NCBI RefSeq assembly: GCF_001194135.2
Contig: NC_068981.1
Coordinates: 73,891,512 to 73,955,511 of the forward strand
DNA from: Octopus bimaculoides
Lineage: Eukaryota
Length of the DNA: 64,000 nt
Direction of reading: 5' to 3'
The notes under the pieces are model-generated. The model was not told the origin of the DNA. It worked only from the letters and a program-made list of their open reading frames with translations, and did not search any database. The position numbers and the translations under genes are program-made. Of the stretch, positions 1 through 11,500 are shown piece after piece (position 1 is the first letter of the stretch; each line of letters begins with the position of its first letter).

Positions 1-77
1 GAAAAGGTATTTCTCTTGCAACTGTCTCACTAGAGACATATATATATATGCACACACATACATACACACATATGTAT

Positions 78-122
<45 letters not shown>

Positions 123-125
<3 letters not shown>

Positions 126-478
126 AAATCAAATGGAAATTGTAGTTGTGATCTCTGTGCCAGTGGCACATAAAAAGCACCATCCGAATGTGGCTGATGC
201 CAGCGCTGCCTTGACTGGTTTCCGTGCTGGTGTCATGTAAAAAGCACCATCAGATCGTGGTTGATGCCAGCTCCTCTGGCCCCTGTGCCGGTGGCATGTA
301 AAAAAAGCACCCACTACACTCTCGGAGTTGTTGGCGTTAGGAAGGGCATCCAACTGCAGAAACATTGCCAGATCAAACTGGAGCCTGATGCAGCCTCCTG
401 GCTTCCCAGACACCAGTCAAACCGTCTGACCCCTAACAGCATGGAAAATGGACATTAAACGATGATGATGATGATGAC
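123..478 (+). mobile_element. RTE 3'UTR-derived repeat with (GAT)n tail
   Basis: Internal GTGGCACRTAAAAAGCACC subrepeats and ...TGGACATTAAACGATGATG tail. Family copies at ~12175-12530(-), 13353-13586(-), 19570-19842(+), 22820-23048(+), 44474-44761(-), 51412-51704(+), 57590-57888(+), 58544-58995(-), 61490-61675(+), 62470-62600(-). Confidence 0.75.
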
Positions 479-517
479 ATACTTTATTATTAAAGCTGCA
501 AAAACATCATAAAAAAC

Positions 518-559
518 AACTGTTACTCAGAGTTTCACATTCCTGTTCATCAGACAGTT
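518..559 (-). ncRNA. Minimal type I hammerhead ribozyme motif (family A), canonical core
   Basis: Minus strand reads AACTGT-CTGATGA-ACA GGAA TGT-GAAA-CTCTGAG-TA-ACAGTT: 6-bp helix I, CUGAUGA, 3-bp helix II with GNRA loop, GAAA, near-palindromic helix III (ACUC U GAGU), GUA cleavage triplet. Confidence 0.75.
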
Positions 560-576
560 TTGATTGAGAAAACCAA

Positions 577-618
577 AACTGTCCAACGAATGGGGACATG
601 GAACTCCGAGTAACAGTT
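577..618 (+). ncRNA. Degenerate hammerhead copy (family A, inverted arm)
   Basis: AACTGT-CCAACGA-ATG GGGA CAT-GGAA-CTCCGAG-TA-ACAGTT: same layout with both core motifs mutated. Confidence 0.55.
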
Positions 619-706
619 TTTTTGCAGCTTTAATAATAAATCATAATACTCTACCTCTGGTATTTGAGTACTATTTTTCTCCACCTTGTTTCACATTTAT
701 GTGCTT

Positions 707-1333
707 GCTTACATCTGATGCTTCTTAAATCCAACTTTTCTCTCAGGGCGCTTACACTCTGTCATGTATGCACAGACATTACACATCCAACGAAGCATAC
801 TGGCTTCATTCCTTGAGAGCTTATGCATGTCCTCAGCAGTCATGGCCCATGTTTCACTGCCATGTAGCATGGCTGTTCGTACATGTGTCATACAGTCTAC
901 CTTTTACTCTGAGCGAGAGGCCCTTTGTAACCAGCAGAGGTAGGAGCTCTCTGAACTTTGCCCAGGCTATTCTTATTCTAGCATCGACACTTTCAGAGCA
1001 TCTACTGCCACCACTGACTTGGTCCCCTACGTAACAGAAGCTATCAACTATTTGTAGTTTTCCTCCCTGGAATGTGACAGAAGCTGTTCTCTGCACATTT
1101 TCAGTGTTTATAGCACCTGAGTATTTGCCACATACAAAAACTATCTTCCCAGTTAACCTTCCTTTGATATTGCTGCATCTCTTATGTATCCATAGCTTAC
1201 ACTGGGTACATCTTATGGAGTTTCTACCTATGCCTTTTCTACAGATTGAGCAGGGCCATGTACCTGAAGGGATTTGTGGTTTGTCTGCCTTCCTACTTAT
1301 TAAGACTCTGGTTTTAACTAAATTGACTCTAAG
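707..1333 (-). mobile_element. RTE-clade LINE fragment (RT C-terminal region with PHD-like Cys/His cluster)
   Basis: LRVNLVKTRVL...WPCSICRKGIGRNSIRCTQCKLWIHKRCS...VDSFCYVGDQ...ARIRIAWAKFRELLPLL...MLHGSETW; one frameshift; runs into N gap. Confidence 0.88.
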
Positions 1334-1984
1334 NNNNNNNNNNNNNNNNNNNNNNNNNNNNNNNNNNNNNNNNNNNNNNNNNNNNNNNNNNNNNNNNNNN
1401 NNNNNNNNNNNNNNNNNNNNNNNNNNNNNNNNNNNNNNNNNNNNNNNNNNNNNNNNNNNNNNNNNNNNNNNNNNNNNNNNNNNNNNNNNNNNNNNNNNNN
1501 NNNNNNNNNNNNNNNNNNNNNNNNNNNNNTATATATATATAGTATATAATATAATCATAATACACAATATATCAGAATTTATAAACTTCAAGAGAATGCA
1601 AAATAATTCTTTTTTTTTTTTTGGTTTTGAGTGGAAGAGTAGTGAAACTCAATGCAGATAAAGCTACAAACAATAACATGCGAGTATTGGAATAAAAATC
1701 TCTTTGTATAGAAAAAATCCTAAGATCTTTGGTTCAATAGCAGAATGTCTGTAATGTTTACAGAAGATGTTGGTTTGAATTCCATAGGCAGCCTCTGACT
1801 TTCTCTATCCAAAGAATTTTTCAGCCCAATATGACATGCTATTATTTGTAGCTTTATATGCTTCAAGTTTCACCACTCCCAAAAACATTTTACACACACA
1901 CACACATCATGGAATAGTGGATGTTAAATGATGATGATGATGATGATGATTTCCTGAAGTGAGAATATCATACAAAATATTATT

Positions 1985-2020
<36 letters not shown>

Positions 2021-2134
2021 AAACAAATTCTACATATAAATAATTAGTATATAATATATATGTAATGATAATATATAATATACAATATATATTATATATT
2101 TAAATGTGTGAAATCTCGCATAAATGTATTATGA

Positions 2135-2156
2135 TTTATTTATTCCATTATTTATT
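2135..2156 (-). terminator. Candidate polyadenylation signals (AATAAA cluster) for WIPI3
   Basis: tttatt on + at 2135, 2139 and 2151, about 320-340 nt past the stop. AT-rich context makes chance occurrence likely. Confidence 0.3.
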
Positions 2157-2474
2157 TACATGGGTACACAAGAAGTATGTCTGGAAATATATTAGCTGCA
2201 TTTCTTCTTTAGGTAAGTTGTTTTTGTGTGTCTTGTCTTTCATTTTCCATATGGAATTTGCTTTTGGTTTGTATAACCATAATTGTTATCAGTAATTAAA
2301 GCACCATCATATGTGTCTTTTGATATGACATTCTCTTCAAGTATTCCTTAGCAAGAAATGTAGATGGTAGAAGAGAAAGAATGGATGTGAGAGGGAGAGA
2401 GAGAGACAGAGTTGGGCAGGGATAGAGAGATAGAAATAAAAGAGAAGGAAACAAGATAACAAAGACGGCAGATA

Positions 2475-2581
2475 CTATGAGCGATCGTCTGTCATTTCCA
2501 GGAACTGTGCATAGACTTCCCTGGTGCAGTCTCCTTTAGTGTTGAACGAGAACTTGTAATAACTGCCATCAGCACATACAA
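2475..2581 (-). CDS. WDR45B: WIPI3 exon 10 (terminal coding part): (V)[34 protein letters not shown]
   Basis: Acceptor taatttcag; TAG stop at 2477-2475; 107 nt. Confidence 0.96.
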
Positions 2582-5500
2582 CTGAAATTACATAAAATGA
2601 CAGGAATTGAATAACTTTTGTAGTGAATTTTTTATGAAAGACATTCAGACATTGATTTAAATATACTTTTTTGAATTCTTTTCAGTGTTTCAGACTCTTA
2701 ACCCTTTTGCATTCAGATTGCTCTCTCAGATGTAACGCTTATTTATTCACATTATTGAATTATCCTGAAACTCCAAAATTTTGAAGATGTAGTTTATTTT
2801 TTAAAATGGCATTGTAGGGTAGGTATGCCTGATTGAGCCAGTTTGAACATAAAACAAGTAGGAATATATTAACAAGATATGGTTGGTTTAAATGCTAAAG
2901 AGTGAAACTGTCTTCATGATGAGGCGCTTCCTAGAGAAGGTTCTTAGTCAATAATACTTAATTTGGTACTCAGTTGATTGAATCATTCAAATGACTAAGT
3001 TTACCTATTGAGTTACATTTCTTTAGAGAGTTATCTCCCCCCAGGAAGTTAATCCAGATAATCTATGGCAGTATACACGAAGGCCTACATGTAACAGGCA
3101 TTTGGACAGTTTCTGTCTGCAAAATTTTATTCACAAACAAAAGCAATGACAGAAGACACCGATTTACGGTACCTCACAATCAGATCAAGCTAAGAACTAG
3201 ATGGCTGTGAAACAATCTTCTCAACTGCTTACACATCCAACATAAGAAATATAATAAACATGGGAAATGTAAGTTATCTAGTATATATAAATCACAGTAT
3301 GTATGTGTATACTGACTAATGCATACATTTCCACAATTCTCAACCGATTTTCACCAAACTTTACACACACATTACTTATGTGCCAAGGATGGTTATGTAC
3401 TATAACATTTTGCTCAAAGCTCCCACATAAATGGACAAACCTGGAAAAACGGTGGTTTACATGGGATTTTCTCTAATTCATTGTATGTACATAGTTTTTT
3501 TTTTGTATGTAGGGTCTTCTATACCTTTTAAATCTATATGGTCATATATTGGCAGTAGAGAATATTTTGGGGAAGTTTTTACAATTTTTTTACTTATTAT
3601 TTATATGTTGTAACTGTGTATTATTACTTTCTATATTTTTTTTATGTGTGCATTGGTGTATAGTGTCTGAAGGATTTGGTTAGAGAATATAAATGTGAAA
3701 GGATTTCGACTGTTCTCCATACTTTTTTTGTCTATATGGTCATATATTTGCATTACAGAATATTTTTTAGTTGTTTTCACATTTTTTAAATTTATTTATT
3801 TATATGTTAAACCATCCAAAGGAAGGGTGCATCTGATAATATTAATATACAGAAAGGTTTTATGAGGATCTTTTTCTATCAGTGAGAGCCAAATGGTTTG
3901 AGAAGGAAACTAAAATTCAAAACAGAACAAAAGTGCTTACCTATCACAGAATTATTGTCAGAGCCAAAGGCACAAATGCAATGTGTGGCACCTCCAGGGA
4001 CTTGGAATTTAGAAAAACTCCATTTTGAACTAAAATATTTTGGCAAGAAACTCGCTGACGCTAAACTGAAAAGAAATAAAAAAAGCAAAACAACTATATG
4101 AACAAAAACAAACAAACTTTGAGAAACGGAATGTTACTATAGGACGTCCCAAAAGTCACTGATGAGATTCAATTTTTAATAAGTTTCTTAACTTCACAAA
4201 TAAATGCATGAAATTTTGATGGGGCAACTGCTCATACTGCAAGAGAAACAATGCAATTGTTATGGCAGTGCTTTGGAGAGAATAATCTCCCACTACGGCA
4301 ATATCAACTGGCCTTCACTAGCTCAAATTTTTTCTTGTAAGGATACCTGAAAGAGAGGGTTTACGTCAACAAGCTGGAGACCCTGATGCAACTGAAGGAG
4401 AACATCAATAGAGAAATCAGAGAAGTGGGGTCTGAAACTCTTGAGGGTGTTATGGTGCAAGTTTTGGAAAGAGCATGGGCATGTGAAGCCAAAAATGGCT
4501 GCCATTTCAGCGATGTCATTTTTCATATGTAATGTAGTGGTATTGCAAAATTTGACTTGTGCATATTAATTTCCATTGTGTCCTTTATATTGTATCAAAA
4601 TTTCATGCATTTATTTGTTAAGTTAAGGAATATATTAAAAATTGAAACCCATCAGTGACCTTTGGGACACACTGTATAAGGCTCAAATGGATACAAGATG
4701 TGTGTGTGTATCAGGGGTGTGCACTGCACACCCATTGAAAATGGCAAACTCATTATAAATATTAACCTTATTCATGAATTCAACCACAAATCATAATGGA
4801 AAACTTTTGTTAAACCCCTGCTTGAAATTTGGTGGCAGGTGTCCTGAAATAACACTGCACACCTCACAGCACATTGTATCATAATACGGTACCGGGTGTA
4901 TCATAGGATAAAGGGAGAATGGCAAAAAATTAATAGCTAAGGGTGTGTGACAGCTTTGACAGCATGGTCGCATGTTCGTTTTTGTGGTGAAGTTGTATGT
5001 TCAAATTAATTTTAAATTCCTAAACTACATCCAATTTTTGTTTTACAATAATTTTTTTTTTCTTACAATATCTTGATATAACTTTGATCTTAATTTGCTT
5101 TCAAAACTGTGTCACGCTGAATATCCCCAAGAACTATGTTATGGGTACACGTGTCTGTGGAGTGCTCAGCCACTTGCACGTTAATTTCACGAGCAGGCTG
5201 TTCCGTTGATCAGATCAACCGGAACCCTCGACGTCGTAAGCGACGGACTGCCAACATAATCATAGTATGATCAGTGTAGCAGAACACCCAATGACAACCA
5301 CTACCATACACCACTTGTATGTGTGTGCATGCATACATGTGTGTGTGTGTGTGTATGAATGTATTTTTTCAAATAAAGAAGTATTGCACATTACAAAAAT
5401 CTATCAGAAACTGAAGTTGTTTTATATGCCAAACAAAAAATTTGTACATGTAACCTTTTACATGTTACTTGTTTCAGTTGTTAGACTATGGTCAAGCTGG

Positions 5501-8500
5501 GGTACTGCCTCAATTTTAGTCAAACGAATTGATCTCTGTACTTATTTTTTTAAGTCTGGTATCTATTCTATTAGTCTCTGGCCAAATTGCTAAGTTATGA
5601 GGATGTAAATACACAAACACTGGTTATCAAGTAGTGGTGGAGGATGAACACAGACTCATACACACACATATTTACACAATAGGCTTCTTTCAGTATGTCT
5701 GCCAAATCCACTCACAGGGCCTGGTCAGTCTTGGGCTATAACAGAAGACACTTTTCCAAAGTGCCATGCAGCAGAACTGAACTTGGAACTACATGGTTAG
5801 GAAGTAAATTTTCCAAGAAGTTTCAACTATGTGTAACCTTTTACAATTTTTTTTCTCTCTTACTTTGCCAAAAAAACTGGTTAGTGTGCACAAGACCATT
5901 TTCAACAGAGCCACTGTGGCCGTAGGAAAGGGGGAAAAATTATACAGAACAGCTGAGATTTGACTCTACTAACGACACCTAGTGGTCAGTTATAATGTTA
6001 AACTGGGCACACATGATTTAAGTGATTTTTGTTAGAACTATGTCTGTTCTTTTTTTTTTTTTACAAGTGGATCTCTACTTATGTATGCCAGGCAAAGTAA
6101 AATAACAATAATACACAAGGGATAATTGCATAAACATAACGATGTGGCTGTTAATTAAAATACCTTGATTGCTTGTTCTTCTTTGGATCTTCACATGAAA
6201 AGATGTGTACAGTACCGTGGTCACTTGAAACACATAATAATGTTGAATCCTGATTAAAGTTTAAACTGAAATAAAAGTTTAAAATACATAAGATAATATT
6301 TTACAATAAAAATATCACTCTGCTCATCTTCATGGACTACATATCAGGTTTTGAAGTTTCTATAGGTTTACATGGTTTGAGTTAGCATATCTCTACAGTT
6401 TATTTTAATCACAGTTAATTTCCCTATGAGCTTGAAAGTTTTATATATTTATCTTTTAAGCATTCAAACAGGTCATATCAAGCCCAAAATGTTCTACCAG
6501 TTTTATGTTCAAACTACCTCACAACATCATTGAAATCTCAAGGCTACAAGATAATACATAATTCAAATTAATGTGAATGAATAAGCTTTGGTTTGACAAA
6601 GTCATCTGAATGCTAAGGATTAAAGCCATTGGCAAATAGACTACTTTTTACTCTACTTTTCATCTCTAGAAAAAAATATATTACCAATTAAAGCATTGTT
6701 GTGTAGCTCTAAAATAAGACATTTTATTAGCTTCTCTCCATCAACTTGAAAAATAAATGGTATTCCTATTTTTACAAATGCACAAATTTGAATAACTGTG
6801 CAACAGCTCAAAGAAAAAAAAAACAATCAGATGTTAAAAAAATTAAATTGAGTTAAGACATAAATAAAAGAATAAAAGTTTGTGACATGACACTAACCAG
6901 TATATATGAGCATTGTTGGCTCCACGTCGCAGTTCATGCAACAGTGTACAGTCTGACGTATCAAATACTCGAATTAACGTTCCCTACAATAAAGAAGTAG
7001 GGCAGCTGGATAAGAAATAGATTCAAAACAAGAAAAAGAAAACAATATGAAAATCAATCAAAAATTTAATAAGAATGCAGAGATATTAATGCGATTTCGG
7101 GCCTAGAATGTCTTCATTTCAATCTCCATTTCATCCGGTGTTAAGTTGCATGCTTCAGCTAGATACATTATGTTGCTTTCAGTCAACTGTATTGTGAAAT
7201 AGCTACAACTTGTTGTTGCATATTTTTTCTTTTTTTTTATCAATCATTCAAATATCAATAAAAATATATAAATACAAGCTTAAAAGCTGCACCATGGCTA
7301 ATTGGGCCTGTGGCCCAAAACTAAAGAGTGCAACAAGAGTGCATCTATTGGTATGGTATTACTTTAAATTCAGTGTAAATGAAAAGCTTGTAAGTTCACA
7401 AATGTTTGGAGTTCTCTTAAAATTTGAATTTTCAACTGTTAGCATATAACAAATCCTCATCCAGACCTGATCCCAATGTTGGATGTTCAAGAACCAAATG
7501 AAGGGTAGATTTTCAATCCTGGGATCATACTGATTCCAAAAAGGTATAATATGTCTATGTAGAGCAAATGTAGACTGAGAGACAGAGGTCCCAGATGGAT
7601 GGATAGACAGAATTTCACACTTATTATAGAAATACACGAGTGGAATGGCTTGCTATCCAGTCAAACTAAAACAAAGCAGATTTATGAGCACTGCCAGTTA
7701 GTTTATAACAGACATAACCATATTGTCAGTAGCCCAGTATCTTTACCTAAAAAGTACCGACTGAGGCATACATATGGACATACATAAAACATACACATTG
7801 GAACATACATACACAAACTATCAGCGTGTGTGTTCTTGTCTTGACATCACTTGATAACTGTAGATGAGTGCCACTATCATACAAGCAGTGTTATTTATTT
7901 TCAATATTCTTTGAGAACAGGTCTGGTCATTAGATAGCATTACTGTTCTTGGAAATAGGTGAAGGTTGGGGACAGGAAGAGCATCCAGCCACAGTAAATC
8001 TGCCTCAATAAACTCTGTCCAGCCCCATGCAAGAATCGAAAAGTACACATTAAAATGATGATGATTATAGAGATATATGTTAAATCATAAAACACATACA
8101 CACCTGTGTGTATATGTCCAAAAGATCAATGTGTTCAAGCACTAAATCTGGGGTTCCAAGAAGTCCTTATGCCACCAACTTTATTCAATGATGAACTACG
8201 TTATTTTCTCACAAGGGACACTACTCTAGATCCATGTCTACTGTATGCAGAGCATTTCTTCTGTTTGTTTTAGGCTGTTTCTAAGTTTTAAGAGCTCTTA
8301 AAGAGATTAAGCAAGCCTAAATTTGTTTAATTAACACATACTATGAGGGAAAAAATAGGTCTTTAAAGTCTAAATTAGGAAATATTACACACTTCTTTTG
8401 TAAGGATATGATTCATTACGTCATTACAAAACTATTCATTGTTTTGGGATGGGACATGGAATGGGAAGTGAGTCCTCATTTTTTAACTCTTCTGAGGATA

Positions 8501-11500
8501 GCACAAGCTTTGAAAGTGCTTAATTATACACTAAAGAAAGATTGTACACTTTCACATCCAGGCTATTTATTTACATAACTATATAAAAAAAAGAAAATTT
8601 ATTACATTATTAAAATATTAAAACTATTAGATTATTTTACTATTTGCTTTGATTTGGTCTGGAGAAAGGGACTGAGCCCAAAGTGCCTTTGCATGCCCTC
8701 TTAGGTCACTGGATCTTAAATTGACTCATCATCATGCATGTTAGAATACAGAAGTGAGACAGAGTTGTATGACTACTTGGCTATTCCTATTCTATAGGTG
8801 AAGGCACATGACTCGATGGTTAGAGCATCAGGCTCACAATCATGAGGTTGTGAGTTTGATTCCCGGACTGGGCTGTTGGTCATGCTTTTTAGGCAAGATA
8901 CTTTATTTCATGCTGCTCTAGTTCACTCAGCTACAGAAATGAGTTGCAACATCATTGGTGCCAAGCTGTGTCGGCTTTTCCCTTTCCCTCACGCAACATG
9001 GGTGGTGTGGAGAGGGGAGGTTGGTATGCATGGAGGACAACCTTGTCCGAACTTGTGCCTCAGAGGGTAACTTTCTAGATGCAATCCCATGGTCATTCAC
9101 AACCAAAGTGGGTCTTCATTCTATAGGTATTAATAGCAATGATTGTTATGGAGGTAAAATAGGAAACTGAGACCTTAGCTGACTTGCTGGAAACTTACAA
9201 TTATCACATAGGACTTGTTTATAATCCTATAGTCGGTATCTTTTTACTTTTCAGTGTACGAAGTAGTTTATCACTACAAGCTAATAAAACCCTAGTACCC
9301 ATCAATCACAGTGATATAACTGTTAATAGCCAAGTGAACTGCAGAACTGAAATTTTAGTAGCATCATCTTATTCTCTGCTTGTATGGGTTAGACAGAATT
9401 TGTTGAGGCAGATTTTCTGAGGCCAAATGCCTTTTCCCGTTACCAGCTCTCACCCGTTTCCAAGTAGGGTAATATTTCTCCATGGCCAGATACATTTTCA
9501 TGGAAGACTGCTTATATGCCAATGATGCTCTTCAAGGCAAGAAGATGCACACATACTCATGACAAGATTCTTCAGTTTTATATATAAACAAGCAAATAGA
9601 AAGTTGTGATTTTCATGCCTTTCACAATATCATTAAGTACGTAAAATGATGAGAGATTGATTTTGAACTGAGAAACAAAACCACACTATAGTTCAATTTG
9701 CTCACAGTTTTCTTTTACCTTGTGACATACACAAATAAAATGGAAAATATAGTGAAATTAAATTTATTTTTTTAATTCTTAAAAACAAATTACAAATCAA
9801 TCTTTACAAAAGCAGTTTAATAATTTGTAACTTAACAATATACTTCTGACTTACTTTCTCTGATGCTGTTCCTAGGCGGGTGCCTTGTAAATTTAATGCA
9901 ATGCAACTGAGAGCTGCTTCATGTGCTGGAATATCTAATGGTGTTTTCTCAGTATTAGCAAGGTCCACCAACTGGACATGTCCAGTCTTACGGCCAGGAA
10001 ATGCTAACAATGAGTTGTTACTGTTCGGACACATGACACACAGTCCTACAAATATTAAAAACAAAATTAGTTGAAAACTCAGAATATCACAGAAACTAAT
10101 TTCAATTATGAAGGAAAAACATCCAAGGAATATAGAAATACTTTTGATATATATAATTTCTCACAGAGTAAAACTAAAACTGTTTAGAGAATAAACCATT
10201 CAGAAATCCTAATTCCACATAAAAAGGAAATAGTTAAGTTAATATTGATTTCAAATTTTAGCACAATGCCATCAAGTGCAGGACAAGGGGGTAGGTCGAT
10301 TACATCGACCCCAGTGCTCAACTGGTACTTAAATTATCAACCCTGAAAAGATGAAAAGCAAAGATGACCTCAGAAGAATTTGAACTCAAAGTGTAAGGAC
10401 AGATGAAATACCACTAAGCGTTTTGCCTGCCATGCTAAAGATTCTGCAAGCTCGCTGCCTTTATAGCTAATTTAATATTAACATTTGATACAGGAATTAT
10501 TGAAAAGGTTAACTAGAAACACTTGTAAGGTGCTGAGGAAAGAATATCAATGACAATAATGACTAAGAATGGTGGTTTGACAAGAATTATTGGAGCATCA
10601 GGAAAAACCACATAAAATACATCTAGTACACTCTGTAGAGTGGTTGGTGATAGGAACAGCATCAAGGCAAATAACATACACAAGCATGAGACTATGGAAG
10701 CGACAGCTCCCAACAGGAGATGACTAACTGTAATAGGGAAATGAAATGTCTTAAAGTGACCTGAAAAACAGATAAACAATTAACACTTACCTTTAGGGTT
10801 GGAACAAGTTTCAAATACATGTAGCTGCTGTGGGTTTTGAGTAAAAGTGTAAACTTTGATAAGAGAATCAAGAACAACAACAATTCTAGAAAACAAAAAA
10901 GAAAAAAAAATATGTATAAAAATTATAAATTTTATTTTGTTGTGTCTGGGGAGAGTCATTCTCTTTTAGTGCCGTTGTTCGGATAATGGACAAAGTCAAT
11001 GACTATTGGAAAGGTTGCAAGATGCAGCAAAGATTTTTTAAAAAATAAATAAGTAAATGAGTGGAAATTTTACTGGTGAGTGTGTTAAATAATTAGGCAC
11101 TAAAAGAGAATGACTCTCCCCAAACAACAAAATATGCTTCAGCACATGAGTTCACATAAAGAATCTTGCAAATCAAATCCAAAAAGGAAATATAAATTTT
11201 ATCTTTTCCAGAAAATCATGCAAATATGAAAAAAGAAAACAGAAAAATTATAAATTAAAAAGAGAAACAAAGGAAAAGATTTCTTTTATCTAAATTTCAT
11301 ATACTTTGAAAAAGATTAAAATACGTTTTGAATGTTCTTTTCATTTAAGGTTAATTAGTTTCGAGCAGTAGTTCTCAACCAGGGTCCATATGTCCCTTGA
11401 GGGTCCACATAAGATTTTGATGTTAAAATTCATCTGCGATAAATTGGTTATACTTCTACAACACACAGAATATTTTATAATTCCTAATATTTAAACAAAA

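Larger units (their letters stand above)
483..706. mobile_element. Fold-back Penelope-pLTR/retrozyme-like element (family A)
   Basis: Inverted arms ~483-562 and ~574-640, both bounded by tttattattaaagctgcaaaaa and each with a hammerhead fold, followed by a ~65-nt unique tail. Confidence 0.55.

Noticed and set aside
4159-4165. CTGATGA motif
   Set aside because: Part of a transposon TIR with no GAAA/helix partner. Other isolated CTGANGA hits (e.g. 24666, 41072) fail likewise.
8492-8521. CTGAGGA...GAAA hammerhead look-alike
   Set aside because: No helix I complementarity and mismatched base of helix II; chance match.
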